64,000 bases of DNA from Rhynchobatus australiae (lineage: Eukaryota). The position numbers were made by a program, and so were the translations under genes. The stretch covers positions 78,660,508 through 78,724,507 of the forward strand of contig JAUZTB010000098.1 in NCBI GenBank assembly GCA_034780895.1, given 5' to 3'. The notes under the pieces were generated by a model, which was not told the origin of the DNA, made no database searches, and was given only the letters and a program-made list of their open reading frames with translations. Below, in pieces: positions 1 through 13,013 of the stretch. The number at the start of each line of letters is the position of its first letter. Positions within the stretch are counted from its first letter, which is position 1.

Positions 1-660
1 AGGAAAAGGGGAAGCCCAAGATATAGGGGGGGGCGGAAACAGAGCAGTGATGGGTAGACAAAAGAGGAGAGGCGGGGTGGGCACAAGGTGGTGATAGGTA
101 GATGCATGTAAGAGATAATGATAGGCAGGTGAAGGGGAGAACAGATTTACGGGGGGATGGGCCAAAGGTATGGGGAGAGGAAAAAGAGAGACGAAAAAAA
201 TGGTGAGGAGGGAAAAGAGGGGCTAGGAAAGGGAAGAAAAGAAGATGCGTGGGGGAAGGGCTGGTTTACTTAAAATGGAGAATTCGATGTTCATTCCATT
301 CAGCTGTAAGGTCCCAAGATAGAAAATGAGGTGTTGTTCCTCCAGTTCGTATTTGGATTTCTCCTGGCATTGGAGGAGGCCGAGGACTGACATATCAGTG
401 ATGGAATGGGAGAGGGAGTTGAAGTGACTTTCAAAAGTGAAATGCAGATCATGGTTATGGACACAACTTAGGTGTTCTACAAAACGGTCACCTAGTCTGC
501 GTTTGGTCTCGTCAATGTAGAGGAGGCCACACTTGGAGCACCGAATGCAGTAGGTGATATGAGGGGAGGTGCAAATAAATCTCTGCCTCACCTGAAAGGA
601 CTGTTTGGGTCCCAAGATGGAGGTGATTGAAGTGGTGTAGGGACAGGTGTTAGAGTTTGC
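1..660 (-). mobile_element. Penelope-like element (PLE) 3' fragment with GIY-YIG endonuclease, truncated by window edge
   Basis: ORF 223-723(-) has YCIRCSKCGLLYIDETKRRLGDRFVEH...HFNSLSH...LEEQHLIFYLGTLQLNGMN, the CCHH/GIY-YIG signature of PLEs. Bases 1-30 match the reverse complement of 44810-44840. Confidence 0.9.
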
Positions 661-3610
661 CTTCATGGCTTCTGAGTGTATGTGATTGATATAAGTGAAT
701 GGAATTACATCATATTTTTGCACAGAATGTGACAGTACAGTACTCGTGAGTTATAAAGACTTTTCTTTCTTGTTACAGCTTGAATAATATAAGTTTAGTT
801 TGAGATTTGTAAGCCACGGCATNNNNNNNNNNNNNNNNNNNNNNNNNNNNNNNNNNNNNNNNNNNNNNNNNNNNNNNNNNNNNNNNNNNNNNNNNNNNNN
901 NNNNNNNNNNNNNNNNNNNNNNCCACGGCATGGCCTTTAGAGAGAGAGAATTTATCTCAAAGATACATCCATTAAATTTATACTAAGGTCAGGATATGAT
1001 ATGATCCATCATTTGATCCAGACAGCTCATTCACAGGCACAGGATGGTTTGATTGCATTTATGTATTAAGTAGCCACATCGCCCATGTACAGTTAAGAAC
1101 CACCCATGAACTTCAAGGCTGGTAAAATGTAGGGAGCCATACTGTTGGGATTTGAATGTCATGCTTGTTTTGGACAATATTTTAGTCCAGTCTTTATTTC
1201 CATTCAACAGTGACAATGGTACCAGAAAGGGTTCATTGAAACTTTACCCCAAGTTGGGTTGGGTGTGGGGGATAGGACGTGAATACACAGAGGCCCCTTT
1301 GGATAGGGAGCTGTGAATTACTGATGATTCGCACAACCTGTTGTGTGAAAGACTGCCTTCTCGCAGCCCACCCTGTCAGGTGAAGTATCAAGGCTAATGT
1401 CATTGGATCAATAATGGAATGTCAGAAATGACATCTTGGTCAACTTTTGAAATCATACAATGGGTAAACCTTTAGAGAAAGTCACAAAATGTTGTAAGCT
1501 GTCTGCTTATGTGCAATGCCTAAGAAAAGAATATTTGTAATAACATTATGCTCTTCAAACTTTTAATTCTTTTGAAGATTTTTTTAGTATTAAGTGCTTT
1601 CTGTTTTGTCAAGACACAGCCACTGTTTTATTCAGCAGACATTCCTTTCAAAAGTAATAACAGGTTGCTTCTGGATGTCAGTACCTCAATCACGTCCATC
1701 AATTTTGAGAGGAAAACAAACACTAAAGTAAATAATATCTGCATCTGAAAAGTACACAGGCATGAATGAATCTGCAGGTCATGTGGTAATGTGAATCACA
1801 AAACCGTAGATGATCCTCGGCATAGAATGGAAAACTGCATGAAATGTCTTGTTCCCCTTGCAATCATAATTTGTCATTCACGTCAAGGACACAGACACAT
1901 AAATGTGAAACATTAATCCTGTTTCTTAACGTAAAAATCCAAAGAGAATAGAAAATTGATAGCTGATTTTTAAACTCGAGACCTCTTTAAACTCACTTTT
2001 TTAATATATTTAATTGTGTTGCATGGAATTAGACACCAGGGGAATTTTCTTAACAAGACATAAATCCAGGCAATCCTGTGATATGCAGACAGTCCCTGAG
2101 GGGTTTTAAGTTTTCACAGCAAGGAAATAAGTTCAGAAGTTGTGGCAGGATGGTGGAAGCAGTTTAAAGGAGCTTGTTCTCATGAAAGTGCACTTGAGAG
2201 TCTTTTTTTTGTGCTTGAGGAAAGGCTAGTGAATCATCATTTTCATCTGGTATACAATTCGGAACAATTGACGATAATATCATGTGGAGGTAAAACAAGC
2301 ATTTCCTCATAAAGTCAGCAACATTTTAGCATAATGTTGCCAAAGCCAGCAGCACTTTAACCTATAGCAGTTTTTCATTTCGAATAAAAATATTTTAGTA
2401 ATAACATATAAATATTTTCTGCCCCTTACTCTCTTCCCTCTTTCTCTTGTCTCTGAGCATCAGGTAGATCAAGTCATGGAACTGAAAACATCTTCATTGA
2501 TTTATATTGGCATGAGCTGCTCAGTTTTTCCTCAAGTAACAGCTAAAAGCTTTGTTAAAGGCCTGTACATCATCTAGAATGTTGTTCTTCCCAGAAAAAA
2601 ATCCAGTTTACAAGCTGAAAGCTGATTTTGATTATCGCCACTATCAGCAGAAATATAAATTTGGCATAATCCTTACAGTACAGACGGTTGGGAAGGGAAT
2701 GACTGTGTGGTTCTTTCAGAAGTGGGCTCTTCTCTTTAAGAATGTGACTAAATCTTGTTTGTGTAAACATAATTACCATGCGAAACCTCAGCTGTAAGTT
2801 TCAGTAAGTTTCAGTTTGATGATTTGGTAGCTCTTAGCCCATTTCTGGCTTCAGTTTTGTTTACGTGCAGCTTATCCTCAAGGCCAACCAGTCTGCTTGG
2901 GAGCATTTGCTGCTGTAAAACTTTTTGTTAACCAAAAAGTCTTAATTGTGAGATCATCTGGATTGGTTCTGATCACTTGATGGAATTGGAGAGGCATTTT
3001 TTGAATGACTTCTTTTATCTCCTAATTTTTTTTCTGTGTTTTTCCCTCTTGTGTGAAATTACGTTGCTGGCGGGAATAAGGGTTCAGGCATGAAGCCCTG
3101 GTCATTGTGATGTAGGCTTGGCTTGTCTTCTTCCATGTCAACTTCATAAGTGTTACGATGGAATGCACTTGTTTGGTTTGCAAGCATGTCCAGACTTTGG
3201 CCTGGGTAGTTCTGAAATGGGATCTGTGCTGTTAGTAACAGAGAGATGCTTCCATAAATATTGATTGATTCCTATGATTGGGATGAAGGAAAACTGTATT
3301 ACATGAGAAAAAAAAGGAGAAAGCTAATTTGAAGGTTAAGTTGCAATGGTAGGGTAGGAAAAAAATCATGGTAAAAGTAGACTAATCAATGAGATGCAAT
3401 CATAACAATAATCTGAAAGAAAACTTGCAACATTGGCAGGCATTGACAAGAAAAGGTTGCAATTCCATTGTGGTAAATTAGCACTCTCTTGTTTATTTAC
3501 AGCTTTGTTTTTTCCATTGCCCTGAAACTTTTAAGTGTGCTTAAAAGTCTATGCCTTAGTACTTGCTCTCTTTAAATCTTGTATTAGTGTTTTTTCTGCT
3601 TCCTCTTAAG

Positions 3611-3775
3611 GTTCTGGTGCCTAAGCAACCTGAATTTCTGGGGAAAATGATTGAGGTTGATATTTATGAAGCAGGGAAGCATTTTATGAAGGGAAAACCA
3701 GCAGACAATGGAAAGATCCACACTCCTTCGATTGTCAGACCACTACTGAAGGGCGAGATTTCGGGCCTCACAGAG
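3611..3775 (+). CDS. CDKAL1: CDKAL1 penultimate coding exon (tRNA t6A37 methylthiotransferase, TRAM-domain region), 165 nt, phase 0/0
   Basis: Translates [55 protein letters not shown], matching vertebrate CDKAL1 (VLVPK..GKMVEVDIYESGKHFMKG..GEVSGLT). Preceded by a pyrimidine tract and TAAG acceptor (AG 3609-3610); followed by GAG|GTATGT donor. Confidence 0.96.
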
Positions 3776-4539
3776 GTATGTGGCAGTCTTTTCTTCACTT
3801 AACATTTCTATGTTGTAAAACTTGATGGAGTGTGAAATTAAACTGTGTATCTGATTTCTGAGCATCATTTGATCTTGTCCGTGAGTGCAAATGCTTTTGA
3901 GTTACTGCCTTGCAAAACTAACATGCAGTAGTGAATTAATGCATGGGAAAGTATTTGCTTGTGTAATTCAGAACAAGTAAATTGCTCTAACAAACTAACA
4001 TCTCTAATTTAAAAAATAGGATTGAGATATTAATGAGTTTTAAAAAGTAAAATAAAGTTTTATATGTCCTTAATAATTAGAAATTTTCTCACGATGAACC
4101 TGAGAGCATTTAGAGCTTTTTGCTGTAAATGAGATGATAACTGTTTTCCAAAGCCGAAATGACTTAGTAATGTAGACTTGTTTTTCCCAAGGAAGAATTT
4201 GGTTTGAACAGACGCTGCAATATTTGCAGCCCAGCTATTGAAGTCAAAATGACTTTTTAACAAATTGTTTGAAAGATGTGTTTTTCTCTGACTTTCATTA
4301 TGGACAGTGACGATGGATTATAAAAATTTGCATTTCAGCAATTAGGTGAGTCATAGAGTCCTGCAGCACAGAAACAGGCCCTTCAGTTTATAATTGAGTA
4401 CCTTTCATCCTTATCATTGCCACCAAAATATGTGCTCCCCATTGAGGTGTAAAGTTTTAGTGTAATTGTAAATGCAGCAAAAAGTGCTGGAAAAAGCATT
4501 TGTGGAAGGCAAATGGATCAGGGGACTGAATAGCCCAAT

Positions 4540-4850
4540 CCTGTTATAATATTCCAGACACGGTATTCCAGAAGTGAGTGAAAAATGACTGCAATTGGCG
4601 TCAAGGCTGTATTTGACTGTGGAATCAGACTCCAAATGAATTTGAATCCTTTGGCAATTGGGGGAAAATTTCTCCAGTGGATGGAGTTATACCTGGAACC
4701 AGTCTGATAGTTGGAGCCAGTCATCTAAGCTGTAGGATATTCCTGAAGGAGCTCACTGTCCTTGGGACAGAATCTTAGGCCCAACCATATTCAGCTATAT
4801 CATCAATTATCTTTCTTTCATCTTAATGCCAGGAGCAAGGCTGTTCACTG
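4540..4850 (+). mobile_element. Degenerate non-LTR RT fragment (CR1/L2-group, same family as 53010-54640)
   Basis: Decayed D.KAAFD..W, LQW.ESYL and LGPTIFS..IN.L motifs at the DNA level; no intact ORF. Confidence 0.6.
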
Positions 4851-5189
4851 AGCCTGACTTATTAAGATGGTTTGAGAACTGGTTAAAGGTTAGGTCCATA
4901 TCCATAAATTGAACAGCACTTCTGTTGTCCATTTCCAATCAACAATGTCCTGGGATCGTCTTCAAACAGAAGCTAACCCACAGTGGATTCTTAATTACTG
5001 AAGATACTTGTATTTAATGGAGGGTGCAGAAGGTGAGCCCCAGGTTTCATGCAAGGTCCTATTCAAGGTTTGACTTGAACTCTGCTATTTCTCCTCTAAA
5101 TACTTCCCACTATGCAGATGAAGACTTGTGTGCAAGTAGATGCTCCCAATCTACCTTTGCCAGGCTCTCTGTTATGTTAATGAAATAGG

Positions 5190-5830
5190 CCTTCCCACTA
5201 TTTCTATGGAGAGGGTATCTTATCTATTTCCCGCCCCTTTGCTTTCACCCCCTTCTCCTCTGGGTCAGATAGCATTCCCATGGTTCTCGTCTTCCACCTT
5301 ACCAGCATCCGCATTCTCCACAATTTCTGCCACCTTCAGTGATTCTATCACTGGTCCTGTCTTCTTTTCCCACCAATCACCCCCCTTCTTATGATACTTT
5401 CCCTTTGCAACTGCAGGCGATGCAACACTTGTCCTTCCATCTCTTCCCTTCCTGCCATGCAGGAACCCAAACAGTTTTTCTATCTGAAGCAATGATTCAC
5501 TTGCACTTCTTCCAATCTGGTGCACTGCATTGGATGTTTTCACAATACAGTCTCCTCTACAGTGGAGAAACCAAATGTGGGTTACCTGACTGCCTTGTAG
5601 AACACATATGTGCACTCTGTAGGAGTGATTCTGAGCTTCCCATTGCCTGGCACTTTAATTCCTCATCCCACTCCCACTCTGACATATTGGCCCATGGCCT
5701 CCTTACTGTTACAGTGAAGCTCAATGTGCTCTTGAAGAACAGCAGCTCATCTACTGTCTGGGCAAGTTGCAGCCTTCTGGACTTCAATATGGAATTCTGC
5801 AACCTCAAGTAACTTGATTTCTTGGTCTGT
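5190..5830 (+). mobile_element. Degenerate Penelope GIY-YIG fragment
   Basis: ORF 5339-5812 contains LLYSGETKCGL.D..VEH....HFNSSSHSHSD, frameshifted. Confidence 0.85.
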
Positions 5831-6389
5831 ATCTGTTATCCATCTGTAATATTAGCTCANNNNNNNNNNNNNNNNNNNNNNNNNNNNNNNNNNNNNNNNN
5901 NNNNNNNNNNNNNNNNNNNNNNNNNNNNNNNNNNNNNNNNNNNNNNNNNNNNNNNNNNNTTGAGTCTTCCAGAACAGAATTAAATCTGTGATCTTGTTCT
6001 TCAAGAAGTTGGCCAACAAGCTTCCATTACTCCCTGTTTTTGCAACAATACAATCGTAAATCACCACCTGTACATCCCATTTCTAAACCATTTTCCTGGC
6101 ATTTAGTGGAAGCTGATCAGATCTGATGAGCTGAACTCCCTCTGACTTTTGTGGTTCAACTGTCAGCTAGATGGTATTTGTTGGATATCCGAAATCAAAA
6201 AGGCATTGTGAGGGGAAGGGGCAAGTGTGGGGGAACACTGAAACTGTTTTAATTTTACAAAACAGAAGAGAGTGTACGATGAGTGGGAAATAAAATGTGA
6301 GAATAAAGATGAACTACAAGCATTCTGCCCTCTTGAATGATCTCTGGCTCCGTACTAGGCAACCTATGACCACCAGTACCCTGTCCACA

Positions 6390-7495
6390 ATGCAACTAAT
6401 TTTCTTGACTCTAAAGGTCCCAGGGACTTCAGAATCATAGGTGCAACAACCCTATTCAATGGAAAGAGAGACAGAAAGCAGGAAACAGTAGGCCAGTTAG
6501 CCTGACATTTGTCATTGGGAAAATATATTGAAATCCATTATTAAGGAAGTCATAGCAGGATGTTTATAATCAAGCAGAGTCAGTATGGTTTTATGAAAAG
6601 GAAGTTGTGTTTGACAACCTTATCAGAGTTCTTTGAGGATGTAATGAACAGGGTGAATTAAAGAATCTATAGATATAGTGCATTTAGGTTTTTAAATGAC
6701 ATTCAATAATGTGCCATGTGAAAGTCTTTTCACAAGTGCTCATGGCATTGGGAGTAAATGTTAGCCTGGATAAAGAACTGGTTAAATAACAGAAAACATA
6801 AAGTTGGAATAAATGGATTTTTTCAGGTTGGCAAACCATAACCAATTGGATGTATTTCAGATCAATACTGTGGCCTCAGCTATTTACAGTATTAGTCACT
6901 GAGATGGAGGCACCAAGTATATTTACTGTATATGGCCATATTTACTGCTGATTCAAAGAAAGGTGGGAAAGCAAATGGTGAGGAGGGTACACAGAGTCTG
7001 AAAGATTAATTAAGTGGGGAAAAAGCTGACAGATAGAGTATATTGTGGAGAAATGTGAGGTTTTCCATTTTGGTAGGAAGAATAGAGTGAGACAATTGAA
7101 TGCTACTCTAGAAAGGGCTATGGGTATCCTTGTACATGAATCACAAGGTTAGTATGAAGGTACAGCAAGTAATTAGGAAGGCTAATGTAACATTTCCCAT
7201 TTTTACAAAGGATATGGAATATCAAAGTAGGAATACTTGCTACAACAGTGTAGGACAGTAGTGAGACCGCATTTGGAGTCATGCAAAAATCTGAAACAGA
7301 CAAGAATCTGAGGAAACTTGACAAAGTAGATGCTGAAAGGATGCTGCTCCTCGAGGGGGCAGTCCAGAACTTGGGGCCATGGTTTTAGTAAAATGGCTCT
7401 CCCTTTTAAGATGGGGATGAGGGAACATTTCTTCTTTCAGAGGATCATGAATCTTTGGAATTCTCTGCCCCAAAGGAGTAGTGGAGGCCAGGTTG
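6390..7495 (+). mobile_element. CR1 LINE ORF2 RT and 3' region, degenerate
   Basis: DNA reads as decayed NYRPVSLT..GK..ESIIKE, QSQ.GFMK..SCLTNL.EFFE, and later SRT.GH..K, FF.QR.MNLWNSLPQ (CR1 hallmarks). Confidence 0.88.
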
Positions 7496-7499
7496 TGAA

Positions 7500-7830
7500 A
7501 ACAGGAAAGATTCAACAGGTTAGACATCTGCAGAGAGAGAAACAGAGTTAACACTTCAGGTCAATGACTTCACCAGAACTGGAATAGGGAAAAGGCAAAT
7601 GTACGTTAAGTTGCAGAGCGGGAGCTAGGGGAAGAAGTTGGAGAGAAAATATCTGTGATTGGGTGAAAACCAAGGTTATCCAAGTGACATGATGCTGTCT
7701 AGTTAATAGATGAAAGAAGGGAGGAAACCCAGAAGAACATGCTGAAATAGTGAGATTGCTTAAAATATGAAACAAAAGTGAATTCTGGAAATATTTAGCA
7801 GATCGAGCAGCTTCTGTGGTGAGAGAAAAA
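7500..7830 (-). mobile_element. Old non-autonomous PLE-derived repeat(s) with hammerhead-like relic
   Basis: Reverse complement of 7546-7580 reads AGTT-CTGGTGA-AGTCATTGACCT-GAAG-TGTT-AACT; flanks resemble the pLTR motif family at 40345 and 43490. Confidence 0.6.
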
Positions 7831-9319
7831 AATATAGGATCTTATGTTGGAACTGCCAGTTCTAGCATAAATGGGAAAGAATGGTAATCTGAGATTATTG
7901 GGTTCAATATTAGNNNNNNNNNNNNNNNNNNNNNNNNNNNNNNNNNNNNNNNNNNNNNNNNNNNNNNNNNNNNNNNNNNNNNNNNNNNNNNNNNNNNNNN
8001 NNNNNNNNNNNNNAGCATAAATGGGAAAGACTGGTAATCTGAGATTATTGGGTTCAATATTAGTTAATGATTTGCCTGGATGGATTTGGGCTGCAGCGTG
8101 CTTAGACGTAAGTTGAGGTGCTGTTTTCCAAACTTACATTGGTCTTAATTGGAACAAGTTTCGGAAGCCAAGGACAGAAAGGGCGAGTGGGAGTGGGAAG
8201 AAGAATTAAAGTGATGGGCAATAAACCGATTTTTGGTCTATGGGGAATCATGGATAAAGGAGGACAGGCAGGAAAGTGGATCTGAGGCTAAGGTCAGATT
8301 GACTATGAATTGAATGGCAGAGCAGGCTCAAGGAGTAATATGACCTCCCTTTGCTGCTGTGGCCATTTCCCATCTTGTTGCTGCAGGAAGAAGTTGCAGA
8401 CCACTTTTTGCTAAAAGATAGAGAGAAGAATTGGTGTTTTTCAGTGTGTTTATCTGATGTGCTGCTATAGATGAATAGTTCGGTGTAATTCTTTGGTAGT
8501 GGTTGGTATATGAGCCTATGATTGTTAGGCCAGACTGTTGCTGAGGATTATTGTTAGTTGAGCATCGAAGGTGTGTTACATGAAGCAGTAGTTGTTTATG
8601 TGTGGGTCTCCTTCTGTGAGTTCTTGCAGCATATCCAAAGGACAACATTGCATGCACTGATCAGCTTGGCCACCTCCAACTTTTGACTCTTTGTTTTAGT
8701 CTCAAAGTGATTCATGAGCCGCTAGTATATGGGACCTCTCTCCGAGACTCCATTTCTTTTACCAAGATGTCAAGGGTGGCATTGAAAAAAGAGTGCTGCC
8801 CATTCTCACATCTGTCTTCTGTTTTTCTAAACACTCCTCCCAAAGTTGCACAATGAGCTCCTGCAGATACTGAGGTCCAATTTAAGAGGTACAGGCTTGA
8901 TGTGAATTAGTGTAGGTTGCTGTCAGCTCCTCAAATTACACACAGCTAGTCTGTGCTGACAGGAGGGAAAAAGTAGTGATTAGCTTAGTAAAAGAATCTT
9001 AGCATGAGATGTGTGTATGGCACCACGACAGTTTGGTGTGGGTCACTCAGTCTGAATCAGGGCTTATCTAGAGAGACAAGACTTATTTTATCATTTGTTA
9101 AAGGATCCAATCTAGTTAGCAATCATGATGCCTCCTTTAATTATTCTCCTTGGTGATCCTCCACTACTCCCCACCCATTGCTGCCAGGCTGATCCCAGCC
9201 TCAGATCCCACTCCATTGCCCAATTGCATATTTGACTCCCACTTGGATTTTGGTCCAATTGCATGTCCACCCCCGCCTCCACTCTTCAAAACATTATCAC
9301 ATGTCTGAACTGAATCTCA

Positions 9320-9883
9320 ACCTAAAGAGCCACTTCTTGAATGGCTGTGATCTTTCTGTTGAAGGTACATCCAGAGTACAGTTGGGGAGGGTTTACTTGG
9401 ATTTAGCCCTAGCAACAATGAAAGAAAGGCAACATGTTTTGAAGTCAGAATGGTGTTCAACTTGAAGAACATATGTGGTTGTGTTTCCATACACATGAAG
9501 ATATTGCACTTCTTGGTGGTAGAGGTCATAGATTTGGGACCTGCTGTAAGTGTCACCTAGGCGACTAACTGCAGTGAATTCTTTATCTGGTACACACAGC
9601 AGTCATTGTGTGCTGCTGATGGAGGGAATGAATTTTCAGGGTGGTGGATTGGGTACCAATGAAGTGGGCTGCTTTGTCCCAGATGTTGTCCAGCTTCTGG
9701 ATGGTGTTGGAGGTACACTTATCCAGGTGTATGAGTGAAATGTTGTGTAATCCATCACTTGTATATGGTGGGATGTAAGGAAATGAGTCATTCCTCTGAA
9801 TACCCGGCCTCCAATCTGAGCTTGTTGCCACAGTTGTGGCTGGTCCAATTGTGTTTCTGGTTGACACTCATCCCCAGGATGCT
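9320..9883 (-). mobile_element. CR1/L2-group LINE 3' fragment
   Basis: ORF 9583-9867(-) has TIQKLDNIWDKAAHFIG...IHSLHQQHT.TAVC; similar to 53100-53640. Confidence 0.75.
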
Positions 9884-11379
9884 NNNNNNNNNNNNNNNNN
9901 NNNNNNNNNNNNNNNNNNNNNNNNNNNNNNNNNNNNNNNNNNNNNNNNNNNNNNNNNNNNNNNNNNNNNNNNNNNNNNNNNNNGTGGGTCACTCAGTCTT
10001 TTAAGTTTCTTATGAAAAGGTGCAGTTTGCTGAAAGTCATTTCCTTTATATGTGAAGGGGAGAGAGGTCAGTTCTCAGGAGCCTTTCCATGCTTGCCCAT
10101 TTTCAGGTACCATGTTTTCTGTGATGCAGGAACTTTTGCTGCATTGCTTTGGGAAAATATGTATGGATTGTTGCAGGGATATGAGGGTCATAACATCAAT
10201 GTAAATGATGCTCTGAAGCATGGGAAGTGGATTAAAAGTAAACATGATTTATGTAGATTTGGTTGATTAGATTTACATGCAAAGAATTGGTTTTATTACG
10301 TTCTTTCTAAAAGGCTTCATAGGGATGTAGAGCATCCTATACAATGTGATCCAACAAGCATTCGGAGTTGGGCAGTTTGATTATTGGTAAAAGCGAGTAG
10401 ACTAAGTGGTTCAATGATTTGATTCTTTCATTAAGCACATAAAACATATTTTGGATGCCTGACTTGTTAAATTCCTCTTTATAATTTGTTGTTGTCATCA
10501 TGAAGTAAAATCCTTAATACAACCAGTATCTTATTGGGGAGGAAAAAAATTGATGGCTGAAGTTTGGTCTAATGACCCAGAGTTTGTTCTCAGTGCCTTT
10601 GTCAGGTCACCTTGTGCTCAGTGAGCAAAGATTTTACATGGGCTTGCAGGCAAAAGCTCCCACAAATGCTGGTTCAATACAGTGTCCTTCACACCAAGTT
10701 TATGTTCTTTGAACAGAACAGGCTACATTATTTTACTAGTTAGATTGAAGTATGTTCATTGAGCCATATAACCTGCAGACCCAAAGTGAAAGACTGGAAA
10801 TAAAACTGTTATTTAAATCACGTACACAATGCAGAATTAAGGTTGGAAAACAACAAGATAAAGGGAAGAACGAAAAAGAATAAGTAAACATAATTTTTAT
10901 ATTTTTTGAAGTATCCGTTTCATTTATTTTCTTTGAGGAAACGAGACTGCGCATTTAACTTTGGCATCAAATTCCTTTATGTCAGAGTTGCTCCTCGTCC
11001 CACTCCTGTCAACCTTGTTAGTTTTCCTCACAGTCATCTGGGGTCTAAAGTGGGAGAGCAATCCTGCAGACAAGTTACAGTCCACTTTACAGAATTATAC
11101 GTGACAGACAATAAGCCAGTGTCCTCCATCTCAAATCTAGGGTAGGTCCTGCCTGAACTACCAGAGATGGCTGGTGGTGGCAGGTGGATACAGGGAGGGA
11201 GGGTACAGAGAAACTTAATGGCTACAACATTTCTCAGCTGATGAATCTGTTTTCCTTCTTATTGAACAGTACTTAGAAGAAGCATTGCAAGTAGCAATGA
11301 CACAGAATATATTCTGTATGGGGGACTTTCTTATCCATCATCAAGCCAGGTTATATCATTACTGAATTGGCAGGGCTGG

Positions 11380-11720
11380 AAAAGGTTTGGGGTGTCAGGA
11401 AGTAACCTCCAACATCCAGAATATCAGCCTTGAGCTGCTCTTGTAACCACAGTATTTATATGGCTGGTCTGTTGGATTTCTGATTCATGGTGACCTCTCT
11501 GGATGTTGATGGTGTAGAGCCCAACAATGGTAATGCTCTTGGGGTGGGTAAAGGTAGTTGGTTCGACTCTGTCTTGGAGAGAGATGGCACTTATGTGACA
11601 CAAATGTTACCTGCCATTTATCAGCTCATGCCTGATCATTGCCAAGGCTTTGCTGCATGCAATAGTGGATTGCTTCACTTGTCCACGAGCTGCAAATGGA
11701 AATGAATATTGTGCAATCAT
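11380..11720 (-). mobile_element. CR1/L2-group LINE fragment
   Basis: Similar to 53480-53820 (ctgctcttgtaaccacagtatttatatggctggtc..., ggattgcttca..., atgaatattgtgcaatcatcag). Confidence 0.7.
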
Positions 11721-12696
11721 CAGTTAGCATGTGTTTTTTTTTAATCAGCCTGTTACTGTTACTTTTCAGTTCACTCATTGCTTCAGAAAATGAAATATTG
11801 AATATTAATGTCACCCAAAACTTTGACGTCATTAGTTCTTGCAGAATTATACTGACTATTGAGAACAGGAAGACTTATTTTATTCTTTGTACGGCATTAG
11901 CTGATCCCAGCTTGGAAAGTGGTGAATTCATTCTCATCAGTCTCCCTGTTACAAGGGCGAAAGGGGTGGTGATGGGAGCTGTGGAAGACAGAGGGGGACG
12001 GTGAAGGTGGAGGGTAGGATGAGAGGGAAAGAAAGAAAGAGACGAGAAATCTGTCTGCCTTCCCAACTCTGATAAGCAACTGCCANNNNNNNNNNNNNNN
12101 NNNNNNNNNNNNNNNNNNNNNNNNNNNNNNNNNNNNNNNNNNNNNNNNNNNNNNNNNNNNNNNNNNNNNNNNNNNNNNNNNNNNNNNNNNNNNNNNNNNN
12201 NNNNNNNNNNNNNNNNNNNNNNNNNNNNNNNNNNNNNNNNNNNNNNNNNNNNNNNNNNNNNNNNNNNNNNNNNNNNNNNNNNNNNNNNNNNNNNNNNNNN
12301 NNNNNNNNNNNNNNNNNNNNNNNNNNNNNNNNNNNNNNNNNNNNNNNNNNNNNTTTTTTACCTGGTCAGACTGGCTCAACTAAATAGGCAAGACTGTTCA
12401 TTCTACAATGCACGTACTGTGGCTGCCGAGATTAAACAATGGGAATCGCTGTGAGTAGTTATGTAATTTTGTTACTGTTCTTGCAAAACTGGAAATCTGG
12501 AACACAATACTGGAAAGCATCAGCTTCAGTGTCCTAATTGTATTGAGTTTGGTAATGCTGACATACAGCAATAGTGCTGCCGAAACATCTTCAGGGTGGT
12601 ACAGTCAGACAGAGTACCCAGTCCCAATCACCATCCACTGATTGCTACGGTTAATGAATGTGTGCAATATTAACTGAAGAGGAGAGTGCTGCTGCA

Positions 12697-13013
12697 GTCA
12701 AAGTCAAGTTTATTGTCATATGCACAAATATGTGTATGCACAAGTGCAATGAAAAACTTACTTGCAGCAGCATCACAGGCACATCGTATTAGACGCACAA
12801 CATTCACAAGAAAAACCTAAATGAAACATAAATCATGCAAAACTATACAAGAAAGAACACAATTAGAATAAAAAAAAGTCCATTGTAGTGCAAAGTTGTC
12901 AAAGTGAATTTAATGTTGCTATTCTGAGGTAGCAATTAGGGTTGTGCCAGTTGGTTCAAGAACTTAACAGTTGAAGGAAAGTAGCTGTTTTTGAACCTGG
13001 TGGTGTGGGTCTT
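12697..13013 (-). mobile_element. Rex1/Babar-like LINE 3' end
   Basis: Minus strand encodes KTHTTRFKNSYFPSTVKFLN, then a 3'UTR ending gacaataaacttgactttgac; runs into a gap. Confidence 0.8.

Noticed and set aside
7864-8063. Direct repeats flanking 100-N gaps (also ~814/923, 28334/28450, 57378/57508, 59176/59289)
   Set aside because: Identical or near-identical sequence on both sides of fixed-size gaps is typical contig-overlap scaffolding artefact.
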